A DNA stretch of 40,963 nt from a virus, in IMG/VR virus record IMGVR_UViG_3300029105_000019. One strand, 5' to 3'. Below, piece by piece: positions 16,007 to 23,948 of the stretch (positions are counted from its first letter, which is position 1; each line of letters opens with the position of its first letter). The notes under the pieces are model-generated. The model was not told where the DNA came from. It worked only from the letters and a program-made list of their open reading frames with translations, and did not search any database. The position numbers and the translations under genes were made by a program.

Positions 16007-18306
16007 AGCCTTGGAAAGAAGTCATCGACGGAATCCGCAACGCAGTTCTTGGCAAGGAAGTGCGCGAAGATCTCGCCCAGATGGGCGAGTACGTGGAGCA
16101 GTTTGCAAATACGGCAGGCGAAAACATCCAGAAAGCCATCGACCCCACCCTTTCCATCTCCGGCAAGGCGGCGGATGCGGCGAAGGTGGGAGAAGCGGTC
16201 GGTCAGATAAAGGAAGATTTAGTTAGCAATGCAAAAAGGAATCGGGTTAATTTGGGTGCACAAAAAGTTGTACGAGGCAGTTATTATTTGGACAGAGGCT
16301 TTTCTCAAACGGACTATTATACATGGTATTTCGATTTGTCTCCATATAATACGGGTAGGTATATTGTAACAGCGTCTTCTCCTGCATATACGAATTTTGT
16401 GACGTTCCTTGATGAAAGCATGAATACTGTTGGATATGTGAAAAACAGTTCCTCAGACGAAGTTGTCAAATCTGAAATGTATGTCACCAAGCCAGAAAAT
16501 GCAAAATACATCGCAATCACAACGGGTATTCCAACTCTAGACCGGAGAGGACTGTTGGTTAGTGCGTGTATATCAATTGATGAAATTCAAGGAGTCCCAT
16601 TTTATACCAATGATAACGGAGAGGATGCTGATGTATATCCAATAATTATCCTAAAAGGTACAGTCAATAATGGAAAATTGGATTCATCTTACGTCCCAAA
16701 TACCACAAAAAGAGCGGCACTATACTGCCCAAAATCAAATTGTGACATCAAAATCAAATGCGTAGGAAAATTTAATATTTCATACAAAAACGTATGGACT
16801 AAAGAAGCAATGATCCGTAAGGAAGATACTGGGTTTTGGCTATCCATACAAAATGATAAAAATACCGTTTTTGAAGATGTTCCAACTGGCGAAGATATTA
16901 TGATGGTTGCCTTGAGCAAAAAATTGCATGACGTTGTTGCTAATCCGTATTGCATTGATATAACGAATAAATTTACTTACAATCAAGCGTCAAATTCTAC
17001 TATTCCTTTTAAGCCATCGGATATTCGAGTTGTTACAAGTTTATTCAACCCTCCGCAAAAAGAAACGATTATGATTTCTGTTCCTGACACAATTGACGTA
17101 ATAGTCGAAGAATTTATATTAGAAGATGGCGTATACTCTAAGAAATATATGTATAAAGACTTCGCAGCAAATATTAACGTATGGCTTGATGGAACATTTT
17201 ATTGCAATGTGTATCCAGAGAGATATTATACGATTTTAATTCGGAACAAAGATAATTCCCCTATATCTGCGGGCCAAGTGTATAAATATCTCCATGTTTA
17301 TGTGGCTGATAATCGGTTTCATATACCCGAATATTATAGAGATTATATGTCTCAGAAAGAAAAAGAAATTCTTGAAAATATTGATAGCTTTAACAGCTTT
17401 GCATTTGCATTTATCACAGACATTCACATTCAGCGGAACACAAAACATTCACCGGCTCTTATGAGACGAATCAAAACATCGTGTGCGATAAAAACCATTC
17501 TCGGAGGAGGCGACTGGCAGACTGCATGGAACTCAGACGAGCAAGGTAAAAACGCTATTGTCGATGACATGATAGAGATTCGCAATTTGTTCTTTGACTT
17601 GCCAATGATAAAAACTATAGGAAATCATGAATGGGCATACGGTGGAAACAATCAATACAATATTTCCACCGATGAAGCGTATAATATTTATTATCGCTCT
17701 GATGAAGAAAAGGCAAAATCTGAAATTGTGTATCCTGAAAACGGAAATGGGACGTATTTTTATTCCGATGATAAAACCAATAAAATCCGTTATATTTCCG
17801 TGAACTGTATGGATTATGCTGACGACTTGGATATATCCAAATATAACAAAGAGTGGTATTTTTCCATAAGCGAAGAACAAATTGCATGGCTCAAAAGCTC
17901 CTTAAATCTGCCCTCCAATGATTGGTTATGTGTTGTTTTCTCTCATGTGCCACTATGGACATCCTCAGAACGGCCTTTTGGGACAAGTACACTGGTTGTA
18001 AATGCTGAAAAAATTGGGAAAGTCATAAGCGGATACACGTCAAAAACGGAAGAATTCTCTGCACACAAAGGCACACTTGTGTGTTGGCTTGCTGGACATA
18101 CGCACAGAGATGCACTTATTGAGTGGCATGGCACACACATGGTCGTGACTAACGCCGACTGCTTCATCCGAGGAGAAGGCGCGCAGACGAGAACGCTTGG
18201 GACTACAAGCGAACAGTGCTTTGACGTTTTCTGCATTAATAAAAAAGAAAGAAATGTAAAAATTGTACGCATTGGAGCAGGCGAAAATAGAGAATTCGCC
18301 TATTAA
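16003..18306 (+). CDS. Tail fibre / receptor-binding protein with C-terminal calcineurin-like metallophosphoesterase domain
   Basis: The N-terminal ~68 aa are GC-rich and fibre-anchor-like (DPTLSISGKAADAAKVGEAVGQIKEDL). The C-terminal region carries ordered metallophosphoesterase motifs: FITDIH, GGGDW, GNHEW, FSHVP, GHTHRD. Confidence 0.75.
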   Translation: MKPWKEVIDGIRNAVLGKEVREDLAQMGEYVEQFANTAGENIQKAIDPTLSISGKAADAAKVGEAVGQIKEDLVSNAKRNRVNLGAQKVVRGSYYLDRGFSQTDYYTWYFDLSPYNTGRYIVTASSPAYTNFVTFLDESMNTVGYVKNSSSDEVVKSEMYVTKPENAKYIAITTGIPTLDRRGLLVSACISIDEIQGVPFYTNDNGEDADVYPIIILKGTVNNGKLDSSYVPNTTKRAALYCPKSNCDIKIKCVGKFNISYKNVWTKEAMIRKEDTGFWLSIQNDKNTVFEDVPTGEDIMMVALSKKLHDVVANPYCIDITNKFTYNQASNSTIPFKPSDIRVVTSLFNPPQKETIMISVPDTIDVIVEEFILEDGVYSKKYMYKDFAANINVWLDGTFYCNVYPERYYTILIRNKDNSPISAGQVYKYLHVYVADNRFHIPEYYRDYMSQKEKEILENIDSFNSFAFAFITDIHIQRNTKHSPALMRRIKTSCAIKTILGGGDWQTAWNSDEQGKNAIVDDMIEIRNLFFDLPMIKTIGNHEWAYGGNNQYNISTDEAYNIYYRSDEEKAKSEIVYPENGNGTYFYSDDKTNKIRYISVNCMDYADDLDISKYNKEWYFSISEEQIAWLKSSLNLPSNDWLCVVFSHVPLWTSSERPFGTSTLVVNAEKIGKVISGYTSKTEEFSAHKGTLVCWLAGHTHRDALIEWHGTHMVVTNADCFIRGEGAQTRTLGTTSEQCFDVFCINKKERNVKIVRIGAGENREFAY

Positions 18307-18345
18307 CTAAAGGATGCTTTATCCCACTAACAGAAAGGACGTGAC

Positions 18346-19011
18346 ATGATGGCAAAAACAATTTTAGACGTTTCCCGCTGGCAGGGAAACATCAACTGGG
18401 ATGCGGTCAAGGCCAGCGGAAAGATTGATGGTGTGATGCTCAAGACGGTATCCACCAACCGCAAACTGAGCAAGCGCAAGGACGGGCTATACATTGACCC
18501 GACCTTTGAACGCAACTATGCCGAGTGCAAGCGGCTGGGGATCCCGGTGGGCGTGTACTACTACACCTACGCCGTCTCGCATACCAGTGCCGATGCAGAG
18601 CTTGCCCTGCTCAAGACTGCGCTGACCGGCAAGACTTTTGAGCTGCCGATCTGCGTGGATGTGGAGGACAACAAGCTCCGCAAGCTTGGCAAGCAGGCGT
18701 TGACCGACCTGACCGCGTATGCGCTGGCGACCATCGAGCGGTGGGGCTTCTATGCCCTGCTCTACACCGGTCTCAACTTCGGGAAGACCCGGCTGTATAT
18801 GGGCGGCGCGGCATTGCGCAAGTACGACGTGTGGGTGGCTGCCTACCGTGATAACAAGCCGACCCCGGCATGGTCTTTTGGGATGTGGCAGTATACCAGC
18901 ACCGCCAGTGTGCCGGGCATCACGGGCAACGCAGACCTTTCCCACGCCTACAAGGACTACGCCGCCATTATCGCGAAAAAGGGGCTGGACCGGCTCCGGG
19001 AGGGCGCATGA
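18346..19011 (+). CDS. Endolysin, glycoside hydrolase family 25 muramidase
   Basis: Has the N-terminal ILDVSRWQGNINWDAVKASG motif, plus GVYYYTYA and ICVDVED, all typical of GH25. 221 aa with no obvious wall-binding domain. Confidence 0.85.
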   Translation: MMAKTILDVSRWQGNINWDAVKASGKIDGVMLKTVSTNRKLSKRKDGLYIDPTFERNYAECKRLGIPVGVYYYTYAVSHTSADAELALLKTALTGKTFELPICVDVEDNKLRKLGKQALTDLTAYALATIERWGFYALLYTGLNFGKTRLYMGGAALRKYDVWVAAYRDNKPTPAWSFGMWQYTSTASVPGITGNADLSHAYKDYAAIIAKKGLDRLREGA

Positions 19012-19265
19012 GCGAAGCAATCATCGTGGCAATCATCACCGGCGGTCTGAGCCTGATCGGCGCGATCGTCTCCAACAACCGCACCGCCCAGAGTATGGAC
19101 GCTAAGTTGGACAAGCAGCAGGCCGTCACCGAAACCAAGCTGGAAGAGCTGACCCGCGAAGTGCGGGCGCATAACAACTTCGCCCAGCGCATCCCGGTGC
19201 TGGAAGAGCAGATCAAGGTGGCAAACCACCGCATCGAAGACCTCGAAAAAGAGAGAGGAGAGTAA
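19008..19265 (+). CDS. Lysis-cassette membrane protein (N-terminal TM + coiled coil; holin/XhlA-like accessory)
   Basis: The ATG at 19008 overlaps the lysin stop (ATGA). The TM segment is IIVAIITGGLSLIGAIV, followed by heptad-like charged sequence. Confidence 0.55.
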   Translation: MSEAIIVAIITGGLSLIGAIVSNNRTAQSMDAKLDKQQAVTETKLEELTREVRAHNNFAQRIPVLEEQIKVANHRIEDLEKERGE

Positions 19266-19268
19266 CAC

Positions 19269-19610
19269 ATGGAAACCATCCTTAACACCATTCTCACCCC
19301 GCTGCCCTCGTGGCTGGCGCTGGTGCTCATCGTTGTGGGCGCTGTGTCGCTTGCGCTGGGGCTTATCCGCCTGGGCTACGGTGCAGCGGTCAAGGGCACT
19401 GTACTCGACCTCATTGCAAGGGCGGAGCACGAGATTCAGGGCACCAAGAGAGGCGCAGAGCGCAAGGCGTGGTGTGTCAAGATGCTTCGCCACTATCTGG
19501 ACAACAGCCGGTGGGGCAAGCTGGTCTCGTGGGCGATCACGGAAGAGACCATGAGCAAGGTGATTCAGTTTTTCTTTGACCGGGCACGAGCGGCACTGCA
19601 AAAGCAGTAA
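19269..19610 (+). CDS. Holin (LL-H-family-like architecture)
   Basis: 113 aa. The N-terminal TM is LPSWLALVLIVVGAVSLALGLI, followed by a ...GTKRGAERKAWCVKMLRHYL helical tail. Adjacent to the endolysin. Confidence 0.6.
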   Translation: METILNTILTPLPSWLALVLIVVGAVSLALGLIRLGYGAAVKGTVLDLIARAEHEIQGTKRGAERKAWCVKMLRHYLDNSRWGKLVSWAITEETMSKVIQFFFDRARAALQKQ

Positions 19611-19620
19611 GGAGATTATT

Positions 19621-19857
19621 ATGGCAAGCACTACATACCAACATATCGGTGACGTCACCGGTATGTCCGTCGCACAAGAGCAATTTCGGCACATCACGAA
19701 AATGGTCTGCGATTTTGTTGACCTTAACAAAATCGACCATTTTGCCGTGCTTGGCAATATGGTGCGTAACGCCGGACAGCTGCCGCAGCCCTTCTGGCTC
19801 GGCGCTGCCTGTGGCGGCGGCTCGTGTAGTGCTGCCAGCTGCGCTGCAAGGGCTTGA
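19621..19857 (+). CDS. Hypothetical protein; possibly the N-terminal part of a split sigma-like regulator
   Basis: aaggag RBS 7 nt before the ATG at 19621. The 78-aa ORF ends in the low-complexity tail GAACGGGSCSAASCAARA, which overlaps the next frame. Confidence 0.5.
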   Translation: MASTTYQHIGDVTGMSVAQEQFRHITKMVCDFVDLNKIDHFAVLGNMVRNAGQLPQPFWLGAACGGGSCSAASCAARA

Positions 19858-19867
19858 CCGACAGCAG

Positions 19868-20035
19868 ATGACCGCCGCCATCAAAAGCGCACCGCTTGGG
19901 AGGGTAGACCGTAAGATAGCCTTACTGCGGTACGTTGAGCGGCTCCCGCTGCCGGACATTGCAGCACAGACACATTACAGCCGGACGGCAATAGGCTACC
20001 GGCTGAAAGGCATTGAAAAAATGCTGGATGTGTGA
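19868..20035 (+). CDS. Sigma-70 region-4-like HTH segment (start uncertain; frame is open from 19649)
   Basis: DRKIALLRYVERLPLPDIAAQTHYSRTAIGYRLKGIEKML is a typical region-4/LuxR-type HTH. No convincing RBS precedes the ATG at 19868. Confidence 0.5.
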   Translation: MTAAIKSAPLGRVDRKIALLRYVERLPLPDIAAQTHYSRTAIGYRLKGIEKMLDV

Positions 20036-20093
20036 TATAATATTTATACCGTCCGAAGTAGAGTACACACACTTCGGAGAAATGTGTACAGAG

Positions 20094-20132
20094 AGCCAGC
20101 GGAAGAACGTTTACCCGCTGGCTTTTCTTTTT
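20094..20132 (+). terminator. Rho-independent terminator ending the late/lysis transcription unit
   Basis: Stem gccagcgg/ccgctggc (8 bp, extendable), 12-nt loop, then ttttcttttt. Confidence 0.75.
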
Positions 20133-20207
20133 GCACAATTTGTGGTATAATAATCTCAACAAATCCACCCGGCCTCTCGAAGAAGCGCAAGAGGGCGGAT
20201 ATTTGAC

Positions 20208-20244
20208 AAAACCCCCGGTGTCCACTGTGGACACCGGGGGTTTT
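20208..20244. terminator. Bidirectional terminator hairpin
   Basis: A perfect 17-bp stem pairs aaaacccccggtgtcca with tggacaccgggggtttt, with a 3-nt loop. An A-run precedes it and a T-run follows. It lies between the convergent units, just after the 20250 gene stop. Confidence 0.8.
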
Positions 20245-20249
20245 GTTGT

Positions 20250-20513
20250 TTACTCGACAATTTTTTTGATCGCACAGTCACGGCAGAAGTCTGGGAAACG
20301 ATTGAGTGCATCCACAAGCTCAGACGGGAACTCATCGTTGTTGTATGGGATACGCACACACAGCTCGCCGCTCATGGTCTTGTAAGGTTTGTAACGGGCC
20401 GGGATTGTGACAGATACATGGTCATAAGAGTCAGTGGCATCAGCTCCCCATGCGTAAACCGGTGTAGCCTCATGGGCTAGTGTGCCATAATGTGCGTACA
20501 AATCAACTGTCAT
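20250..20513 (-). CDS. Hypothetical protein (87 aa)
   Basis: GGAGG lies 8 nt upstream of the ATG at 20513. The track start at 20528 is a TTG that sits inside that RBS. Confidence 0.6.
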   Translation of the reverse strand: MTVDLYAHYGTLAHEATPVYAWGADATDSYDHVSVTIPARYKPYKTMSGELCVRIPYNNDEFPSELVDALNRFPDFCRDCAIKKIVE

Positions 20514-20531
20514 TGTGATGACCTCCAAAGT

Positions 20532-21254
20532 TTATGATTGAGTGTCTTTTAGCTTTTTCAGGGCCTCCCGCAGGGCGTCTTCCCAGCCTTCGTGCTGGTT
20601 GAGATAATCGCCGTAGATAAGTTGTTCAGCTACTTTTCTGGCGGCCATGGCATCCTCAAGCGATAAAAACAGACCAAGGTGATATTGCTTACGCCTAAAG
20701 TTGATGTAAGCTCTGTATCTACCATCTGCAAGTTTTGAAACACCATTTGCTCCGGTCGCAGAATTGCGGTTGACTGTTCCGGACATGCGGCTTTTTGCGG
20801 CAGCCAGGCTAGATCCGTCGGCCCATGCGGTTGTATGGATCGCGTCAGACTTTTGCTTGATATCTCTGTTGCAGGTAGCGCAGTGCTTTATGACGGATAG
20901 GCGGCTGAGTGCGGTCACGGTTTCTTTTTGACAAACGGGGCAAACCGTGCGACAGCGGAGGCTCTCGCTTCCGCTTTTGGGTGGCAAGATTTCGATCACC
21001 GGCCATCCATTGACAATTTTTCCAAGATAGCGTTCTTCTGCTTTTTTTTGATTGTTTTTAGATGTTTTAGGACGCGGAACCGAGGAAGCACAACTTGAGC
21101 ACTGCGAGCTTTTGCCGAGGAGAAGTGAGCTTTTGTAAACATCCTTTACCGCTCCGCATTTGCAACATTTGCAAGTATAGTAGTAAGGCTTGCTGGACGG
21201 GCCGAGGACTTGCCAATGTCCAAAACGCTGGCCCTTTTCAATTTTTACTTTCAT
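20532..21254 (-). CDS. Zinc-ribbon repeats + C-terminal AP2-type DNA-binding domain protein
   Basis: Two CxxC...CxxC clusters are present (CKCCKCG...CSSC; CPVCQ...CATC). The C-terminal GVSKLADGRYRAYINFRRKQYHLGLFLSLEDAMAARKVAE matches the AP2 pattern. Confidence 0.65.
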   Translation of the reverse strand: MKVKIEKGQRFGHWQVLGPSSKPYYYTCKCCKCGAVKDVYKSSLLLGKSSQCSSCASSVPRPKTSKNNQKKAEERYLGKIVNGWPVIEILPPKSGSESLRCRTVCPVCQKETVTALSRLSVIKHCATCNRDIKQKSDAIHTTAWADGSSLAAAKSRMSGTVNRNSATGANGVSKLADGRYRAYINFRRKQYHLGLFLSLEDAMAARKVAEQLIYGDYLNQHEGWEDALREALKKLKDTQS

Positions 21255-21426
21255 CGTTTGCGTCTTTGTTAATCAGATGTGTAATATAGCCGTTGATACT
21301 CATGCCTTTTTGTGCGGCCCGCTCTTTTAATACTGAGAGCTGACCTTTTGGCAGCCGAACCGTCATGCGGTCATAGTTTTCCTTGACGTAGTCGGCAATG
21401 TATTTCTTTTGGTCAAAATTGCTCAT
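21238..21426 (-). CDS. Ribbon-helix-helix (Arc/CopG-like) DNA-binding protein
   Basis: 62 aa. DRMTVRLPKGQLSVLKERAAQKGMSINGYITHLI fits the RHH beta-strand plus two-helix pattern. RBS is gaaggtg. Confidence 0.6.
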   Translation of the reverse strand: MSNFDQKKYIADYVKENYDRMTVRLPKGQLSVLKERAAQKGMSINGYITHLINKDANDESKN

Positions 21427-21754
21427 TTTCTGGTTTCACCTTCTTTCGATTCCGGCATTCTCGGATGCGGATGGCATTGATCGTGGGGTACTCCGCGCCC
21501 TTCATGCCTCGGTCATACGGCATATACGACAGTACGGCATTGCGTCCCAGACCTAATGCTGCCGCGATCTCATCGACACCTTTCCCTTTTTTTGTCATCG
21601 CAGCGATCGAGTCCGCCAGCGGGCTCGACCACGCCCCCGCCGTAATCAGGATCTTTCGTGCCTTTTGCTCACTGATGTTGAGCTGCTTGCTGATTTTTTT
21701 GAGACTCAAACCCTGTTCGCTGAGCCGCACAACGGATGTAAAAAGCGCATCCAT
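21413..21754 (-). CDS. HTH DNA-binding protein (two HTH-like segments)
   Basis: LSEQGLSLKKISKQLNISEQKARKIL and GKGVDEIAAALGLGRNAVLSYM are the two segments. Strong aaggagg RBS. Confidence 0.6.
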   Translation of the reverse strand: MDALFTSVVRLSEQGLSLKKISKQLNISEQKARKILITAGAWSSPLADSIAAMTKKGKGVDEIAAALGLGRNAVLSYMPYDRGMKGAEYPTINAIRIRECRNRKKVKPENEQF

Positions 21755-21766
21755 CTTGATTCCTCC

Positions 21767-22219
21767 TTAAATGTCAAACCCACGGTCGATGTACAACGCA
21801 CGGTCCTTCCCGTGCACATAATTCCAGGATTCGGCAATTTGTGTGTAATAGATTGTCCGACCGCCAATAATCAGCGTTCCGTGAGGGTCAATAGCGCACA
21901 GGGCATCGAGGATGGCCTGCATCTGCTGCCGGTCATATCGAGTTGTCCAGGCATCTAGCAGCTCTTTTTCTACCTTGCTGGCAATTTCGCTCAAGCATGC
22001 AGTCAATTCGGCATCCTCGTTATCCGGTTTCCGCTTCCAAGCTTCCGGATCAAACGCATTGAGCATCCCAATTTGGGACAAGTCAAATGATTCATCGGCA
22101 TCCCAGCGCTGCTGGTAGTCTCCAAGGATGGCATCCAGGCGGCCAAGCCCCATGGATTTGACAGCCAGTTCATACAGAGCGGCATTCGCAGTGATAAATT
22201 CTTTTGCAATGTTAGTCAT
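21767..22219 (-). CDS. Hypothetical acidic protein (150 aa)
   Basis: The ATG at 22219 is preceded by aggagg; the longer track ORF lacks an RBS. Asp/Glu clearly exceed Lys/Arg by eye. Confidence 0.6.
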   Translation of the reverse strand: MTNIAKEFITANAALYELAVKSMGLGRLDAILGDYQQRWDADESFDLSQIGMLNAFDPEAWKRKPDNEDAELTACLSEIASKVEKELLDAWTTRYDRQQMQAILDALCAIDPHGTLIIGGRTIYYTQIAESWNYVHGKDRALYIDRGFDI

Positions 22220-22238
22220 AATGATTTCCTCCTTTTTA

Positions 22239-22661
22239 TTATCGAGCCATGCAATCGCCATAGCAGTAAGTGTGGCAGCGGGGGCACAGGCCACGGATCG
22301 CGGTCACGCTGGGGCGGCGCTCAAAGACGCGGGCAACCTTGGTCATGACTTCGATGGTCTTGGTCTTCTTGTCGTAGCTGCCATCAACGGTCTGGCAGTT
22401 GCTGTACTCGTTTTTGTACTGAGAGTAGTGCATCCGGACGACACCGGCGGCTTTGCGCTTAGTAGCCTCAATTGCTGCACGTTTGGCTGCTTCGGCGGCT
22501 CTTTCGGCAGCATCAGTGGCCTCCTTGATAACCGCCTTTGCCATGTTCCATGCCTTTTTCAAAGCGCTGGCAAAGATCACTTCGGACCCATGACCGGCCT
22601 TCGCATTCCGGAAGATTCGCCAGGCGTTGTTCATGATGTCGTGCAGATTGTACTTTTTCAT
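22239..22661 (-). CDS. Hypothetical protein (140 aa), Cys-rich C-terminus
   Basis: ggagg RBS; first gene downstream of the 22704-22732 promoter. The C-terminus is LCPRCHTYCYGDCMAR. Confidence 0.6.
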   Translation of the reverse strand: MKKYNLHDIMNNAWRIFRNAKAGHGSEVIFASALKKAWNMAKAVIKEATDAAERAAEAAKRAAIEATKRKAAGVVRMHYSQYKNEYSNCQTVDGSYDKKTKTIEVMTKVARVFERRPSVTAIRGLCPRCHTYCYGDCMAR

Positions 22662-22703
22662 TGTTCGTTCCTCCGTTGTTTAATTGCTTCTCTCCACACC
22701 ATT

Positions 22704-22732
22704 ATTATAGCACATTTGACATCAAATGTAAA
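22704..22732 (-). promoter_or_regulatory. Sigma-70-type promoter (TTTACA-17 nt-TATAAT) with operator-like inverted repeat in the spacer
   Basis: The minus strand reads TTTACAtttgatgtcaaatgtgcTATAAT. The inverted repeat CATTTGA-ca-TCAAATG occupies 22713-22728, and a further half-site gcgTCAAATG lies at 22741-22750. Confidence 0.65.
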
Positions 22733-22836
22733 TACATTTAGCGTCAAATGCAAAAATTTTTTGTCCTTCGTTGCACCTTCGTTGTCTTTCGCTTTAGCGC
22801 ATTCTGATATGATGGGCGCATAAGGAGGGGAGCGCC

Positions 22837-23214
22837 ATGTGGCACAAGTTCAACCCAAACCCGCGCGGCAGCAGCGTCGGTGACTGTGCAGTGCGAGCCG
22901 TTGCAGCTGCCACCGGGCAAAGCTGGGAGCAGGCGTATGTAGGGCTTGCCATGATGGGCTACGCACTGGGCGACATGCCAAGCGCCAACCGCACATGGGG
23001 CGCGTACCTCCAAAAGCGCGGATTTAAGCGCCGCCTTGTCGAGGCAGACTGCTCCACCTGCTACACCGTGGAGGATTTTGCAAGGGAGTACCCGCGCGGG
23101 ATCTACGTTCTGGGCTGCTCTGGCCACGTTCTGGCTGTTATCAATGGCGAGTGGATGGACAGCTGGGACAGTGGCGCAGAGTGCCCGATATATTACTGGT
23201 ACAAGGAGGACTAA
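22837..23214 (+). CDS. Putative papain-like cysteine peptidase fold protein (125 aa)
   Basis: The N-terminal GDCAVRAVAAATG is a Cys-nucleophile context, and the later GCSGHVLAVINGEWMDSWDS is a His context. Strong aaggagggg RBS. Confidence 0.45.
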   Translation: MWHKFNPNPRGSSVGDCAVRAVAAATGQSWEQAYVGLAMMGYALGDMPSANRTWGAYLQKRGFKRRLVEADCSTCYTVEDFAREYPRGIYVLGCSGHVLAVINGEWMDSWDSGAECPIYYWYKED

Positions 23215-23217
23215 GCG

Positions 23218-23658
23218 ATGCCATACATTCCATACGGATACCAGCCCGGCTATTATGGGCAAGCAATGCCGGATCAGCTTGCACAACTGCGTCAGAACGC
23301 TTACCAGCAGCCCATGATGGGGCAAGCGGCACAGCAGACGCAGGGCACACCGTCTATCATTTGGGTGCAAGGCGAGGAGGGCGCAAAAGCATACATGGTT
23401 GCTGCCGGGAACAGCGTGCTCCTGATGGACAGCGAAAACAGCGCGTTTTACATCAAAAGCACCGATGCAAGCGGGATGCCGCTTCCCCTCCGAGTGTTTG
23501 ACTACAAGGAGCGCACCACAGCCGCAAAAACGCCGCCACAAACGGCGCAGCAGCCAGGCGTGGAGTTTGTCACACGAGCGGAGTTTGATGCTCTGGCAGC
23601 CCGCTGCGCTGCGCTTGAGAAGCAAGAGCCTGCAAAGCCTGAAACGGAGGTCAAATAA
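23218..23658 (+). CDS. Hypothetical protein, P/Q/Y-rich N-terminus (146 aa)
   Basis: aggagg RBS. MPYIPYGYQPGYYGQAMPDQLAQLRQNAYQQPMMGQAAQQTQ is followed by the compact segment IIWVQGEEGAKAYMVAAGNSVLLMDSENSAFYIKSTD. Confidence 0.65.
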   Translation: MPYIPYGYQPGYYGQAMPDQLAQLRQNAYQQPMMGQAAQQTQGTPSIIWVQGEEGAKAYMVAAGNSVLLMDSENSAFYIKSTDASGMPLPLRVFDYKERTTAAKTPPQTAQQPGVEFVTRAEFDALAARCAALEKQEPAKPETEVK

Positions 23659-23660
23659 GT

Positions 23661-23885
23661 ATGGCAAATCCTCTTTTTAATGCACTGGGCGGCGGTATGC
23701 CCGCCATGCCAAACCCTATGGGTCAGTTTGGCCAGATGATGCAGCAGTTCCAGCAGTTCCGTGCAAACTTTCAAGGCGACCCGAAAGCAGAGGTGCAAAA
23801 GCTGCTGCAATCCGGCAAAATGTCGCAAAATCAGCTGAACCAGTTGCAGGCGATGGCGCAGCAGTTTCAGCAGTTCCTCCATTAA
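23661..23885 (+). CDS. Hypothetical Q-rich small protein (74 aa)
   Basis: ggagg RBS; repeated QQFQQF motifs. Confidence 0.6.
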   Translation: MANPLFNALGGGMPAMPNPMGQFGQMMQQFQQFRANFQGDPKAEVQKLLQSGKMSQNQLNQLQAMAQQFQQFLH

Positions 23886-23948
23886 GTCGTAACCGTGGCC
23901 ACGGTTCAAGCATAAAAATCATTCAAAACACACGAAAGGAGTACAAAA

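Noticed and set aside
20052-20078. Hairpin tccgaagt/acttcgga as an additional terminator.
   Set aside because: It is a perfect 8-bp stem, but no T-run follows it on either strand. The true terminator-like structures follow at 20094-20132 and 20208-20244.
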